Program-made: the position numbers and the translations under genes
Notes under the pieces: model-generated
Told to the model about the DNA's origin: nothing
Seen by the model: only the letters and a program-made list of their open reading frames with translations
Database searches by the model: none
Part shown: positions 1 to 9,780 of the stretch, piece after piece
Layout: the number at the start of each line of letters is the position of its first letter
Position numbering within the stretch: position 1 is the first letter of the stretch
Source of the DNA: Candidatus Latescibacterota bacterium
GTDB lineage: Bacteria > Latescibacterota > UBA2968 > UBA8231
DNA: 64,000 bases
Direction: 5' to 3'
NCBI GenBank assembly: GCA_965215195.1
Contig: CBDCDC010000002.1
Span: 1 to 64,000 of the forward strand

Positions 1-2
1 AG

Positions 3-374
3 ATCAACGAGGTCATGTCGCTGATCAACGAGGCCACCGGCTCGGATGCCGAGATCATCTTCGGCACTGTAATCGACGACAGCTTGGCCGAGAACATCCG
101 CGTGACGGTCATAGCCACGGGCTTTAGCCTGAACAAGGATGGCGAAGCCGAGCCGCCGGCCCGCGCACAAGAGGAGCCCGTGCAGGAGGTGGAGTTGGAT
201 CCGATGACTACCGGCAGCCCGGTCCTCGTCGGCAAGGCGGGCACCTCCTTGGACGTGCCCACGTATCTGCGCAACGGCCATAGCACGCCTCAGGAGCAGC
301 AGGAACCCGTGCGCCCGGCGGTTGGCGACTTGGATATTCCCACCTTCCTGCGGCGCAAGATGAACGCTTCTTAG
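3..374 (+). CDS. ftsZ: Cell division protein FtsZ, C-terminal part (5' end outside window)
   Basis: [11 protein letters not shown]...VTVIATGF core end and conserved C-terminal peptide [10 protein letters not shown]; frame open from window start. Confidence 0.95.
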   Translation: MNEVMSLINEATGSDAEIIFGTVIDDSLAENIRVTVIATGFSLNKDGEAEPPARAQEEPVQEVELDPMTTGSPVLVGKAGTSLDVPTYLRNGHSTPQEQQEPVRPAVGDLDIPTFLRRKMNAS

Positions 375-448
375 GGCGGTTGTCGCGCCCGGGCGATTTG
401 GCTTATTTTATACCTGTGCGCGATAGTATTCGCAGGGAGGGCATTCAC

Positions 449-904
449 ATGGCAGATATTCGCGTTGGCGTAATCATGGGCAGCACCTCGGATGAGGACA
501 TCATGCGCAAGGGGGCGGCGGTGCTCGAAGAGCTGGGCCTCGGCTACGAAATGGTCGTATCTTCGGCCCACCGCAACCCCGAGCGCACCGCTACTTGGGC
601 CAGCGCGGCGGCCGGCCGCGGCCTCAGGGTAATCATCGCCGGTGCCGGCTTAGCGGCGGCCTTGCCCGGAGTGGTGGCGGCGCATACGACTCTGCCGGTC
701 ATCGGGGTTCCCATTGCCTCGGGTGCGCTCGGTGGAGTTGATTCGCTCTACTCCATCGTGCAGATGCCCCCGGGAATCCCGGTGGCGACCGTCGGCATTG
801 ACAACGCCCGCAATGCGGCCCTGCTGGCGGCCCAAATCATCGCCCTGTCCGACGAGGCCGTCGCCCGGGCCATTGAAACCTATCGCGCACAGTGGAATCC
901 CTAA
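449..904 (+). CDS. purE: N5-CAIR mutase
   Basis: [35 protein letters not shown] motifs; GGAGG RBS at 436-440. Confidence 0.95.
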   Translation: MADIRVGVIMGSTSDEDIMRKGAAVLEELGLGYEMVVSSAHRNPERTATWASAAAGRGLRVIIAGAGLAAALPGVVAAHTTLPVIGVPIASGALGGVDSLYSIVQMPPGIPVATVGIDNARNAALLAAQIIALSDEAVARAIETYRAQWNP

Positions 905-957
905 GACCGCGCCGGCCTTCGCGCCGGCGAGCTAATGCTGAAAGGACGCGAGGATCA

Positions 958-1581
958 GTGGCCAATACAAGTCGCATTTCCAAATTGCTTTCGCTGATGC
1001 TCAGGCATCGGCCCGACGAATTTGGACTGGAGATCGATGCTTACGGCTACGCGCCGTTGGCTCAGGTGGTACAAGGAGTACAAGAACGCTACGCAGAGGT
1101 GCCCGAAGCCGAAATCGTGGCCCTCGTCAAGGACCCGGAGCAGTATCGCTTTGAACTGAACGAGTTCGGCATCCGCGCACTGTACGGACACAGTTTTTTC
1201 GTGGATATGGATGGCGAGCCTATGGACCCGCCGCCCGAGCGGCTCTACATGGGCACGACCCGCAGCGCGGCCCAGTGCTTTGCCCGCGAGGGCATTTCTC
1301 CGGGCGATCGCTACTACGTGCATCTGTCGCTGACGCGCGCGGCGGCCGAGTCGCACAGCCACCAACGCGACACCCCCTGCGTGGTGGAAATTCTCGCGGC
1401 CAAGGCCCACGAGGAGGGCTGCCGCTTTTTTGCCCGCGGCGCGGTCGTGCTGACCGAAGAGCTCCCGGCCAGTTGCATCGGCCCGATTCACGGCAGCCAG
1501 CAAAAGGCCCTCGACGTCGCCCAGATGCCGGCGGCCAGCGGCATAAGCTACGGCCGCAAGCCCCGCTTTTCGCCTCGTTGA
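958..1581 (+). CDS. kptA: RNA 2'-phosphotransferase (Tpt1/KptA family)
   Basis: SKLLSLMLRH, YRF, IRALYGHS, R..VHLS motifs; GTG start inferred. Confidence 0.85.
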   Translation: MANTSRISKLLSLMLRHRPDEFGLEIDAYGYAPLAQVVQGVQERYAEVPEAEIVALVKDPEQYRFELNEFGIRALYGHSFFVDMDGEPMDPPPERLYMGTTRSAAQCFAREGISPGDRYYVHLSLTRAAAESHSHQRDTPCVVEILAAKAHEEGCRFFARGAVVLTEELPASCIGPIHGSQQKALDVAQMPAASGISYGRKPRFSPR

Positions 1582-1591
1582 AAGGGCTGCC

Positions 1592-1930
1592 GTGAAAAAC
1601 ATCGTGGCCTTTATCAAGCCCTTCAAACTCGACGAGGTCAAAAGCTCGTTGGCCGCGATCGGCCTCGTCGGGATGTCCGTCAGCGAGGTGCGCGGCTGCG
1701 GTCGCCAGCGCGGCCACAGCGAAATCTACCGCGGTGCCGAGTACCAGCTCGACTTCATGCCCAAAATCCGCATTGAATTGGCCGTTGGCGATGGCCTACT
1801 CGACGAAGCAGTGGAGGCCATTATGCAGTCGGCTGCCACCGGCGAGGTCGGCGACGGCAAGATCTTCGTCTCCGACTTGGTCGAGGCCATCCGCATCCGC
1901 ACCGGCGAAACCGGCGAAAACGCCCTCTGA
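1592..1930 (+). CDS. glnB: P-II nitrogen regulatory protein (GlnB/GlnK)
   Basis: 112 aa; IKPFKLDEVK, T-loop EIYRGAEY, GDGKIFV, IRIRTGE. Confidence 0.93.
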   Translation: MKNIVAFIKPFKLDEVKSSLAAIGLVGMSVSEVRGCGRQRGHSEIYRGAEYQLDFMPKIRIELAVGDGLLDEAVEAIMQSAATGEVGDGKIFVSDLVEAIRIRTGETGENAL

Positions 1931-1940
1931 AGCCCCGGCA

Positions 1941-4900
1941 GTGCCCACCGCGTTGGAACTGGCCCGTCGCGCCCTCGCCGCCGACGCGGCCAAAGCCCTG
2001 AATTCACTGGAGCAATTGGGTTTTGCCCATTCGGTCCAAGCCCTAGAGACCTTGGACCGAATGGGCGGCCCGCCGCAAGCCGCGCCCCTGCCGGCCCTCG
2101 CGTTGGCCGAGGTGGCCGCAACGGGCCGGCCGGACGAGGGACTGCGGCAGTTGGTGCGCTTGGCTATGGTGTACGGCAGTCCCCGGGGGCTTTTCTCTTA
2201 CTTGGAGGCCGATCCCATTCTGTGCCAGCGCCTAGTGCAGATCGTGAGTCACAGCACCTTTCTCGCCGACATCTTGGTGCGCAACCCCGAATTTCTGCTG
2301 TGGCTGTTGGCCGAGACCCCGCACTTAGTCGAGCCGCTGGAGCGGAGCGTCCTACGGCAAATTTTGTGCGCCGATCTCGGTCATGCCTCCGAGTCTGAAG
2401 AGCGTTTGGAGGTGCTGCGGCGGGCGCACCGGCGCGAGGTGCTGCGCATTGGCGCGGCCGAGCTCCTCGGCACCAAGCCGGTCGCGCAAATAGGGAGAGA
2501 GCTAGCCGACCTAGCCGACGTGGTGGTCGAGTTGACCCTCGAAATATGCCAGCGCGACTTGTGGCAGGAGCACGGCCGCCCGCTGGACGAGCGCGGCCGC
2601 CCGGCGCGCTTCCTCGTCGTGGGCTTGGGCAAGTACGGCGGGCAGGAATTAAACTACAGCTCGGACATCGACCTAATTTTCGCGTGGGACGGCGAGGGCG
2701 AGACCCAACCCGAGCAGGGGGGGACGCGGCTGGAGAACGGCGAGTTTTTCCGCCGCTTGAGCCAGCGCCTAGTCCAAGTGCTGACCGCGGCGACCAAGGA
2801 GGGATTTTTCTACCGAGTCGATATGCGGCTGCGCCCCGAGGGCACCAGCGGCACCTTGACCCACTCATTGCGTGCGAGCTGGGCTTACTACGAGACGCGC
2901 GGGGAACTGTGGGAGCGGCAGATGCTCATCAAGGCCCGGCGCGTGGCGGGATCGCAGACGCTGGGGGAGCAATACGCGGCCATGCTCCGGCCTTTTATCT
3001 ACCCGGCCCACTTCCACTCGCCACCGCACGAGGAAATCCGCCGCATCAAGGAGCGGATTGAGGCGAGCATCCGCGAGCGCCCCCGCGGCGAGAACAACAT
3101 CAAGCTGCAAGCGGGTGGGATCCGCGACATCGAATTCATCGTCCAGTGCCTACAGCTACTCTACGGGGGCATCCATCCCCAAGTGCGCATCCACAACACG
3201 CTGGCCGCCATTGACCGCTTGGCCGCGGTGGTCGCGCCCCAAGGCGCGGTGAAGGCGGCCTTGACTGCGGCAGAGGCTAGGGCCCTAAAGAGCGCGTACG
3301 AGTTTTTTCGCCGCGTTGAAAACCTGCTGCAAATCGCCTCGGGCCGGCCCGACTACGCCATCCCGGAAGATGCGCGGGCTGTGCGGGCCTTGGCCTTGAG
3401 CATGGGCTATGGAGATGCGCGGGCCTTTACCGGTGCGCTGGCCGGGCACCGGCTGCGGGTGCGCCGGCTGTTTGCCGCGCTGTTTTACAGCGACGCGACA
3501 GCCCCACGTGCGCCGACGTGGCTTTTGGAAGTCGAAAGCGGCAGCGAGGCCGCGCAAGCCGACTTGGCGGTGCGGGGCTTTGTCGATGGGGCGGCCGCGC
3601 ACCGCCGCTTGCAGCGGTTGGCGGGCATGGGCCTGTTGTTGAGCGGAGGCCGCGCCCACTTTGAGGCCCTGTTGCCGGAATTGCTGAATTCGCTGGCCGC
3701 AGCCCCGGACCCGGACCAAGGGCTGTTGCGCTTCACCCAGCTAGTTGAGGCCTATGGTGCGCCGGGCGCTTTGTATACCTTGTTACAAGAGTACGCCGGC
3801 TTCCGCACCTTGCTCATTGCCATCTGTGGCTCGAGCCGTTTTCTCGCCGATCTTTTGCGCCGCGACCCCGCCCTGCTCGACAGCCTAGTGGACCAAGCCG
3901 GCCGGGATTTGGCACTTGGCCCGGCGCGCGGCGATTTGAACGCCATCGCACGGATGCAAAACCAAGCCCTCCTGCGGATTGGGGCCGACGACCTGATGGG
4001 GTTGGCGACCGAGGAGGAGACCTTCCTGCGGTTGACCGAGTTGGGCGAAGAGGTGTTACAAGCGGTCTATCGGCTGGCTTGGCGTCCGTTGGTGCGGCGG
4101 TGGGGCAAGCCGCGCAACCGGCGGGGCCGCGACGTGCGGTTCGCCGTATTGGCCGCCGGCAAGTTTGGGGGCCGCGAGGTGGATTTCGGCTCGGATTTGG
4201 ATTTGTTTTTCGTGTACGAAAGCGACGGCAAGACGCGCCGCGGCGTACCCAATAGCGTGTTTTTTATCGAGTTTAGCCAGCGCCTGATCGCCCTGTTGGC
4301 CGAGCGGGGGCTGTATTCGGTGGATGCGCGGCTGCGGCCCGAAGGGGCCGGTGCCCCCATGGCCATCTCGCTGGTCGGCTACCGCCGCTACTTGGCGCAG
4401 CGGGCGGCCACTTGGGAGCGGATGGCGCTGAGTCGCGCCCGCCAAGTGGCCGGCGATGCCGCATTCGGCGCGCGGGTTTTGCGGGCCATTGAGCGCTTCG
4501 CATATAGCCGAGAAGCGGACGCGGCCTTGGCTGTGCAAATGCAGGAGATGCGCCAGCGGATGGAGCCGCAGGGCCAGCGCCGCACGCGCATCGACATCAA
4601 GCGCGGCCCGGGCGGCATCGTGGATATCGAATTTGTGGCGCAGGTACTGGTGCTCAAGTGGGGCTATCGAGATCGGCGCCTACGAGTGGGTAGCACGAGA
4701 CACGCGCTGCAGTTGCTCGTCGAGCAGGGCTGTTTAGACCCGGAGCGGGGCCACTTTCTCCTCGACGCGTACGAGTACCTGCGGGCCGTGGAAAAGGGCA
4801 TGCGGCTCGCCAGCGACAAGGCCAGCGACGCCCTGCCGACCGGCCGGGAGCTGGAGGTATTGAGCCGCGCCCTCGGCCGCGCAGACGTAGCGGCCTTCCA

Positions 4901-4973
4901 AGACGAGGTGGAAGCGCGCATGCAGCAGACGCGGCGCACGTTCTCGGCCGTATTCGCCGAATTGACCCATTGA
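1941..4973 (+). CDS. glnE: Bifunctional glutamine synthetase adenylyltransferase/deadenylase
   Basis: Two nucleotidyltransferase domains (GKYGGQELNYSSDIDL; GKFGGREVDFGSDLDL), VD.RLRPEG twice, GGI.DIEF twice; GTG start inferred after glnB. Confidence 0.92.
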   Translation: MPTALELARRALAADAAKALNSLEQLGFAHSVQALETLDRMGGPPQAAPLPALALAEVAATGRPDEGLRQLVRLAMVYGSPRGLFSYLEADPILCQRLVQIVSHSTFLADILVRNPEFLLWLLAETPHLVEPLERSVLRQILCADLGHASESEERLEVLRRAHRREVLRIGAAELLGTKPVAQIGRELADLADVVVELTLEICQRDLWQEHGRPLDERGRPARFLVVGLGKYGGQELNYSSDIDLIFAWDGEGETQPEQGGTRLENGEFFRRLSQRLVQVLTAATKEGFFYRVDMRLRPEGTSGTLTHSLRASWAYYETRGELWERQMLIKARRVAGSQTLGEQYAAMLRPFIYPAHFHSPPHEEIRRIKERIEASIRERPRGENNIKLQAGGIRDIEFIVQCLQLLYGGIHPQVRIHNTLAAIDRLAAVVAPQGAVKAALTAAEARALKSAYEFFRRVENLLQIASGRPDYAIPEDARAVRALALSMGYGDARAFTGALAGHRLRVRRLFAALFYSDATAPRAPTWLLEVESGSEAAQADLAVRGFVDGAAAHRRLQRLAGMGLLLSGGRAHFEALLPELLNSLAAAPDPDQGLLRFTQLVEAYGAPGALYTLLQEYAGFRTLLIAICGSSRFLADLLRRDPALLDSLVDQAGRDLALGPARGDLNAIARMQNQALLRIGADDLMGLATEEETFLRLTELGEEVLQAVYRLAWRPLVRRWGKPRNRRGRDVRFAVLAAGKFGGREVDFGSDLDLFFVYESDGKTRRGVPNSVFFIEFSQRLIALLAERGLYSVDARLRPEGAGAPMAISLVGYRRYLAQRAATWERMALSRARQVAGDAAFGARVLRAIERFAYSREADAALAVQMQEMRQRMEPQGQRRTRIDIKRGPGGIVDIEFVAQVLVLKWGYRDRRLRVGSTRHALQLLVEQGCLDPERGHFLLDAYEYLRAVEKGMRLASDKASDALPTGRELEVLSRALGRADVAAFQDEVEARMQQTRRTFSAVFAELTH

Positions 4974-4984
4974 GGAGTGCTTTT

Positions 4985-5971
4985 ATGGACGGTATAAGCA
5001 AGGCCGCGCGCGTCGGCCAGATGATTATCGGAGTCGTGTATCTCGTGGCTGGAGCGATGAAGGTATGGGAGCCGGTGCTTTTTTATTGGGAGGCCATTCC
5101 CTACGCGCAGTTGCTTGGGATCGTGGAATGGGAGCCTGCGTCGGCCGTCGCCAAGGCGGCCATCGCGTTGGGGCCGATTGAATTCGCCCTCGGCTGGGCC
5201 CTGCTGCTCAACTGGTGTCCGCGGCTGTGCTTGCCGGTGGCGACGGTGCTGATGGCTGCTTTTACCGCGCTGACGGCCAAGGCTTGGCACATGGGGGCCT
5301 CGATAGACTGCGGCTGCTTTGGTGCTCTCGTCGAGCGCGGGCCAGGGGAAGCGGCCATAGAAGATGGCGCGATGCTGGCGGTGCTGCTGTTTGCGTGGTG
5401 GGGGATGCGCCGCAGTGCAAAGGCCGCGCCCGTGGCTGGTCGGCCCAATTGGTGGGGTATGGCCGCTGTGCCCGTCTGGCCGCTGGCGAATCGGCTGGTG
5501 TTAGGTGCGTTCGTCGTCGGACTGGCGGTGGGCGGGGTGCGGTTTTTTCCCGCGCTAGAGCGCATCGCGCAGTCGGACCTCAAAAGCGGTGTGCGGCTCT
5601 CCGGCTTGGCACTTAAAGGCGTGGATGCGGATTTGATGCAGGGCGAATACCTGCTCGAATTGTTCAGCCCCACGTGCGTCCACTGCCAAAACGCAGTGCC
5701 CAAGATGAACGCCTTGGCCCAAGACCCACAGTTGCCACAGCTCATCGCCCTGACGAGTTTCGCGCAGGATGCACCGCAAATGATCGACTTCAAGAAGCGG
5801 CTGCAACCGCGCTTTGATATTGCCACCATATCGATGACGGATTTTCGTCGTTTGACCTTTGGCCACGGCTATCCGCGCTTGGCCTACATTGCCGACGGGG
5901 TGGTGCAGCAGGTGTGGGAAAGCAACTACATGCCGACACAAGCTCGGCTGCGAAAAATTGCGGGTTCTTAG
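4985..5971 (+). CDS. MauE/DoxX-type membrane protein fused to thioredoxin-like domain
   Basis: TM helices with CGCFG motif; C-terminal FSPTCVHC CxxC; GAGGAG RBS. Confidence 0.8.
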   Translation: MDGISKAARVGQMIIGVVYLVAGAMKVWEPVLFYWEAIPYAQLLGIVEWEPASAVAKAAIALGPIEFALGWALLLNWCPRLCLPVATVLMAAFTALTAKAWHMGASIDCGCFGALVERGPGEAAIEDGAMLAVLLFAWWGMRRSAKAAPVAGRPNWWGMAAVPVWPLANRLVLGAFVVGLAVGGVRFFPALERIAQSDLKSGVRLSGLALKGVDADLMQGEYLLELFSPTCVHCQNAVPKMNALAQDPQLPQLIALTSFAQDAPQMIDFKKRLQPRFDIATISMTDFRRLTFGHGYPRLAYIADGVVQQVWESNYMPTQARLRKIAGS

Positions 5972-5997
5972 TACGCGGAAGGAGCGGACTTAATAGG

Positions 5998-7272
5998 ATG
6001 GCGATGAGCAAGTTGGCCTTCTTGGGCGGTCCCAAGGCCGTCACCGCCGACGAAGGCGATATTTTCCGCTGGCCGATTATCACCGCCGAGGACGAAGCAG
6101 CCGTGCTGGATGTGCTGCGTCGCGGGGCGATGTCGGGCTGGGACCTAACCTTGGCCTTTGAAGAGGACCTGAAGGCTTACTTTGGCTTGCAGCACGCCCT
6201 CTGTCACAACACGGGCACGGCCGCGATCCACGCCGCGCTGTGGGCTTGCGGCGTTGGCGTCGGCGACGAGGTCATCGCGCAGAGCATGACCTTTTGGGGC
6301 ACGTCGCTGCAAGTGTTCTCGCTGGGGGGGACGGTGGTATTTTCCGAAATTGACCCCCAGACTCTGACGATGGATCCCAACGACATTGAGCATCGCATTA
6401 CCGAGCGCACCAAGGCCATTGTGCCCGTGCATTACTGCGCCTATCCAGCCGATATGGACCCGATCGTGGAGATTGCCGAGCGGCACGGGCTGAAGGTGAT
6501 TGAAGACGTCTCGCACGCCCAGGGTGGCCGCTACAAGGGGCGGCTGCTGGGCACCATCGGCCACATCGGGGCCATGTCGATTATGTCGGGCAAGTCGCTG
6601 GCTTGTGGTGAGGGGGGCTTTTTGGTCACCGACGACCAAGCCCTGTACGAGCGCGCTGCGGCCTTTGGGCACTATGAGCGCACCCGCTTCGTAGGAGATC
6701 CCGCGCTGAAGCCGTTTGCCGGGATGCCGCTGGGGGGATACAAATACCGGATGCATCAGCTATCTTCAGCCGTAGGCCGCACCCAACTGCGCCACTACGA
6801 CGAGCGGGTACAGGAGATCCAGCGGGCGATGAACTACTTCTGGGACCTGCTCGAAGGCGTCCCGGGGATTGAGGCGCATCGCCCCCCGGCTGACAGTGGC
6901 TCGACGATGGGTGGCTGGTACGCGGCCAAGGGGCTATACGCGCCCGAGGCGCTAGGTGGCCTGCCGGTGGAGCGCTTCTGCGCGGCGGTCACGGCCGAGA
7001 CCGGGGCGTACAAGATCGTGCCGGGTGCCAATGAGCTGATGCACCTGCACCCGGTGCTCAACGAGGCCGATGTGTACGGCCACGGCCAACCCACGCGCAT
7101 TGCCCACGCCAACCGCGACTTGCGGCAGGGGCCGGGCAGTCTGCCGGTGACCGAGCGCATGACCGGCCGCATCTATTCGATTCCGTGGTTTAAGCACTAC
7201 GACGCCCCAATCATCGAGCAATACGCCACGGCCTTCCGCAAGGTGGCTGAGTGTGCCGACGAGTTACTGTGA
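5998..7272 (+). CDS. DegT/DnrJ/EryC1/StrS family PLP aminotransferase
   Basis: TKAIVPVH, VIEDVSHA, SGKSLACGEGG. Confidence 0.9.
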   Translation: MAMSKLAFLGGPKAVTADEGDIFRWPIITAEDEAAVLDVLRRGAMSGWDLTLAFEEDLKAYFGLQHALCHNTGTAAIHAALWACGVGVGDEVIAQSMTFWGTSLQVFSLGGTVVFSEIDPQTLTMDPNDIEHRITERTKAIVPVHYCAYPADMDPIVEIAERHGLKVIEDVSHAQGGRYKGRLLGTIGHIGAMSIMSGKSLACGEGGFLVTDDQALYERAAAFGHYERTRFVGDPALKPFAGMPLGGYKYRMHQLSSAVGRTQLRHYDERVQEIQRAMNYFWDLLEGVPGIEAHRPPADSGSTMGGWYAAKGLYAPEALGGLPVERFCAAVTAETGAYKIVPGANELMHLHPVLNEADVYGHGQPTRIAHANRDLRQGPGSLPVTERMTGRIYSIPWFKHYDAPIIEQYATAFRKVAECADELL

Positions 7273-7280
7273 TTTATGGG

Positions 7281-8078
7281 ATGGACGAGATGGGTGATCC
7301 GTTGAGCGCGCGGCTGTTTGGGTACGGGGTGCCTTATCGGGTGGAGGTGGATGCAGCGGGGGCGGTTGCGCCGCGGCCTACGGATGCGGTGGGCGAAGCT
7401 GAGCGCCTTTGCCGCGCCTTGCGCCAGTTGTGCGGGGAGGGCGAGGATGCGACTGAGGGCGACTGGGTGTATTCGCTGCCCTTTGGGCGCTGCGGGATAC
7501 AAGGGCGGCCGCGCGAGCATATCATCGCCTATTTCTGCGCTGAGGCGTATATAGATGTGCTCTCTAAAGGTGGGGTGAAAACGCAGCCGCTCGCCGCCGG
7601 GGAGATCGTCGATATTGAGCCGGCCACCGTCGTCCGGTTGCGCGCTCGTCCCTTGGAGCACCATTGCGTACTCGTGGCCTTCCAGACCGAGGATCGCACG
7701 CCGCTGTTGGGCCACGCCGCGCCCTTCACCCTCGATGGCGAGGTGCCCGACGACTGGTGCGAGCGCTTGGTGAAGTGCCATGCCGCTTTTGACGCGGCAG
7801 CTGCACGGGCGTCTGAGGGCGGGCATCGGCCGCTGCTGGAACGCTTCTTGGGAACTATGGCGGAAAAACTGGCCGGCGACCCTGAAATCACCGCCGCACA
7901 AGAGCAGGCGTGGTGCGCGGGTTCGTACGCGGTTGAAGATGAACAAGCCCTTTTCGAGCGCCAGCGAGCCTTGCTCAACGAAGCAGTCCTCGCCCGCATC
8001 GGAAACCAAGACGAGGCTGTCTTTCGCTTTCCGGGCATGTTCGGCGGGGTCGCGCCGCTTTTTGCCCTAGTGGACTGA
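7281..8078 (+). CDS. Hypothetical protein
   Basis: Long ORF directly after aminotransferase, host-like codon usage; no family recognised. Confidence 0.6.
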   Translation: MDEMGDPLSARLFGYGVPYRVEVDAAGAVAPRPTDAVGEAERLCRALRQLCGEGEDATEGDWVYSLPFGRCGIQGRPREHIIAYFCAEAYIDVLSKGGVKTQPLAAGEIVDIEPATVVRLRARPLEHHCVLVAFQTEDRTPLLGHAAPFTLDGEVPDDWCERLVKCHAAFDAAAARASEGGHRPLLERFLGTMAEKLAGDPEITAAQEQAWCAGSYAVEDEQALFERQRALLNEAVLARIGNQDEAVFRFPGMFGGVAPLFALVD

Positions 8079-8218
8079 GGACGGGTGCTACCGCCGCTTT
8101 TCGCTCGCGCTCGGGGCACACTAGAAGCCATCTCACACATGCTACTGATCCCATAGAAACCAGCCCCCACGCTGGTCCAAATCGCCCCTACATAAATGAC
8201 GCATTTAGGGTTTATGAG

Positions 8219-9133
8219 ATGACTTCTACTCAAACCAAACTCAGATACGACAAGCAAGGGCCTAATTATGAACAACCGCAAGAAAATCCCCTGCCTTTGC
8301 TGGTCATGGAGAGTTCTGAATACTCACCGAACCAATGCGTATTCTGCAATAATGAATTCGGCATCTGGCTATATCGGGCTAATTGTCTTGAGTTTTTGGA
8401 TATGCTCATCGGCAAATACCCGGAGGGCAAATTCGATATGATATTTGCAGACCCTCCATATTTCCTTTCAAATGGAGGGATTACCTGCCACGCTGGAAAA
8501 ATGGTGAAGGTCGATAAGGGAAAGTGGGACAAGTCCAACGGTCCAGAAATAAATCACGAGTTCAATACCGCTTGGCTATCGAGGTGTCAAAAAGCATTGA
8601 AATCCGACGGAACGCTCTGGGTCTCTGGGACCCAACATGTGATTCACTCCGTGGGGTATGCGATGCAACAGATGGGCATGAAGATTCTCAACGATATTAC
8701 ATGGGAAAAGCCCAATCCTCCTCCGAACTTGTCTTGTCGCTATTTTACTCATGCAACGGAAACTATCATCTGGGCCGCTAAAAATGAAAAATCAAAACAC
8801 TGTTTTAACTATGCCAAAATGCGAGAATTGAATCACGGCAAACAGATGAAATCAGTATGGTCGTTTAAGCCTCCTAATAAAGAAGAAAAGAAATTTGGCA
8901 AACATCCTACGCAAAAGCCTCTTGCGCTTATAGAGAGGATAGTTATGGCATCAACAAGCGCGGGAGACTTGATCCTCGATCCTTTTTCCGGTAGTTCAAC
9001 CACCGGTGTAGCCGCTGTGAACCTCGGACGAAGATTCGTAGGAACCGAACTCGAACCTGAGTTTATCAATCTATCCATAGAACGCTTGAGGGACTCGATA
9101 AATAACCGGCAATCGTCCCTGAATTTTGCGTAA
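8219..9133 (+). CDS. Beta-class amino-DNA methyltransferase, DpnA-like (predicted GATC)
   Basis: FADPPYFLSNGG...VDKGKWD, HPTQKP, DPFSGS in beta order; AT-richer than flanks; start uncertain. Confidence 0.88.
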   Translation: MTSTQTKLRYDKQGPNYEQPQENPLPLLVMESSEYSPNQCVFCNNEFGIWLYRANCLEFLDMLIGKYPEGKFDMIFADPPYFLSNGGITCHAGKMVKVDKGKWDKSNGPEINHEFNTAWLSRCQKALKSDGTLWVSGTQHVIHSVGYAMQQMGMKILNDITWEKPNPPPNLSCRYFTHATETIIWAAKNEKSKHCFNYAKMRELNHGKQMKSVWSFKPPNKEEKKFGKHPTQKPLALIERIVMASTSAGDLILDPFSGSSTTGVAAVNLGRRFVGTELEPEFINLSIERLRDSINNRQSSLNFA

Positions 9134-9144
9134 GGGGCTATTCA

Positions 9145-9753
9145 ATGGAACGAGAAACTGCGATCAGCAAGCTGAAATTGCTGAAGGGAAAAGATTTAGT
9201 TACACTTGCCGCTCAATATGAAGTGACTATTTGGAAAGGAGGCAAGAAGAACAAAGGATGGGCAGGCCATCTGCTTGAAAGGTACTTGGGGCTTCCCATC
9301 AATTCGGCGCAGTCACCTAACTTTGGATCGTGGGAGCTGAAAATCGTTCCATTGAAAAGACTTGCTAGTGGCAGGATCGCGGTTAAGGAAACTATGGCTA
9401 TTACGATGATCGACCCTGTCAACGTCAAAATTACCCTCTTTGAACAAAGCCATTTGCTCACAAAATTGAAAAAAGCAGTGATTTGCGCCAGATTATTTGA
9501 GTCTCAAGACGAGAACCGATCTATTCTGATGAACGTATCGGCTTTTGATCTCAATAACAAAGCGGATTACGAGCAAGTAAAGAAAGATTACGAAGAGGTG
9601 AGAAGCTGCATTGCAACCAAGGGGTTTGAACATCTAACCGGCAAAATGGGGGTACTAGTTCAGCCGAGAACCAAGGGCTCCGGGTACGGTAGCACGAGCC
9701 GGGCTTTCTATGCACGAACCCAATTCGTCGCAAAGATGCTTGGAATCGGTTAG
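9145..9753 (+). CDS. MutH/Sau3AI-fold endonuclease-like protein
   Basis: NKGWAGHLLE..LG, PNFGSWELK, QPRTKG, RAFY motifs matching MutH layout. Confidence 0.75.
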   Translation: MERETAISKLKLLKGKDLVTLAAQYEVTIWKGGKKNKGWAGHLLERYLGLPINSAQSPNFGSWELKIVPLKRLASGRIAVKETMAITMIDPVNVKITLFEQSHLLTKLKKAVICARLFESQDENRSILMNVSAFDLNNKADYEQVKKDYEEVRSCIATKGFEHLTGKMGVLVQPRTKGSGYGSTSRAFYARTQFVAKMLGIG

Positions 9754-9780
9754 GGCTGATAAATTCGCAGGAGAAACGCA

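Noticed and set aside
1734-1940. N-terminal extension of GlnE given in the ORF track
   Set aside because: Overlaps glnB in another frame; low-complexity shadow translation
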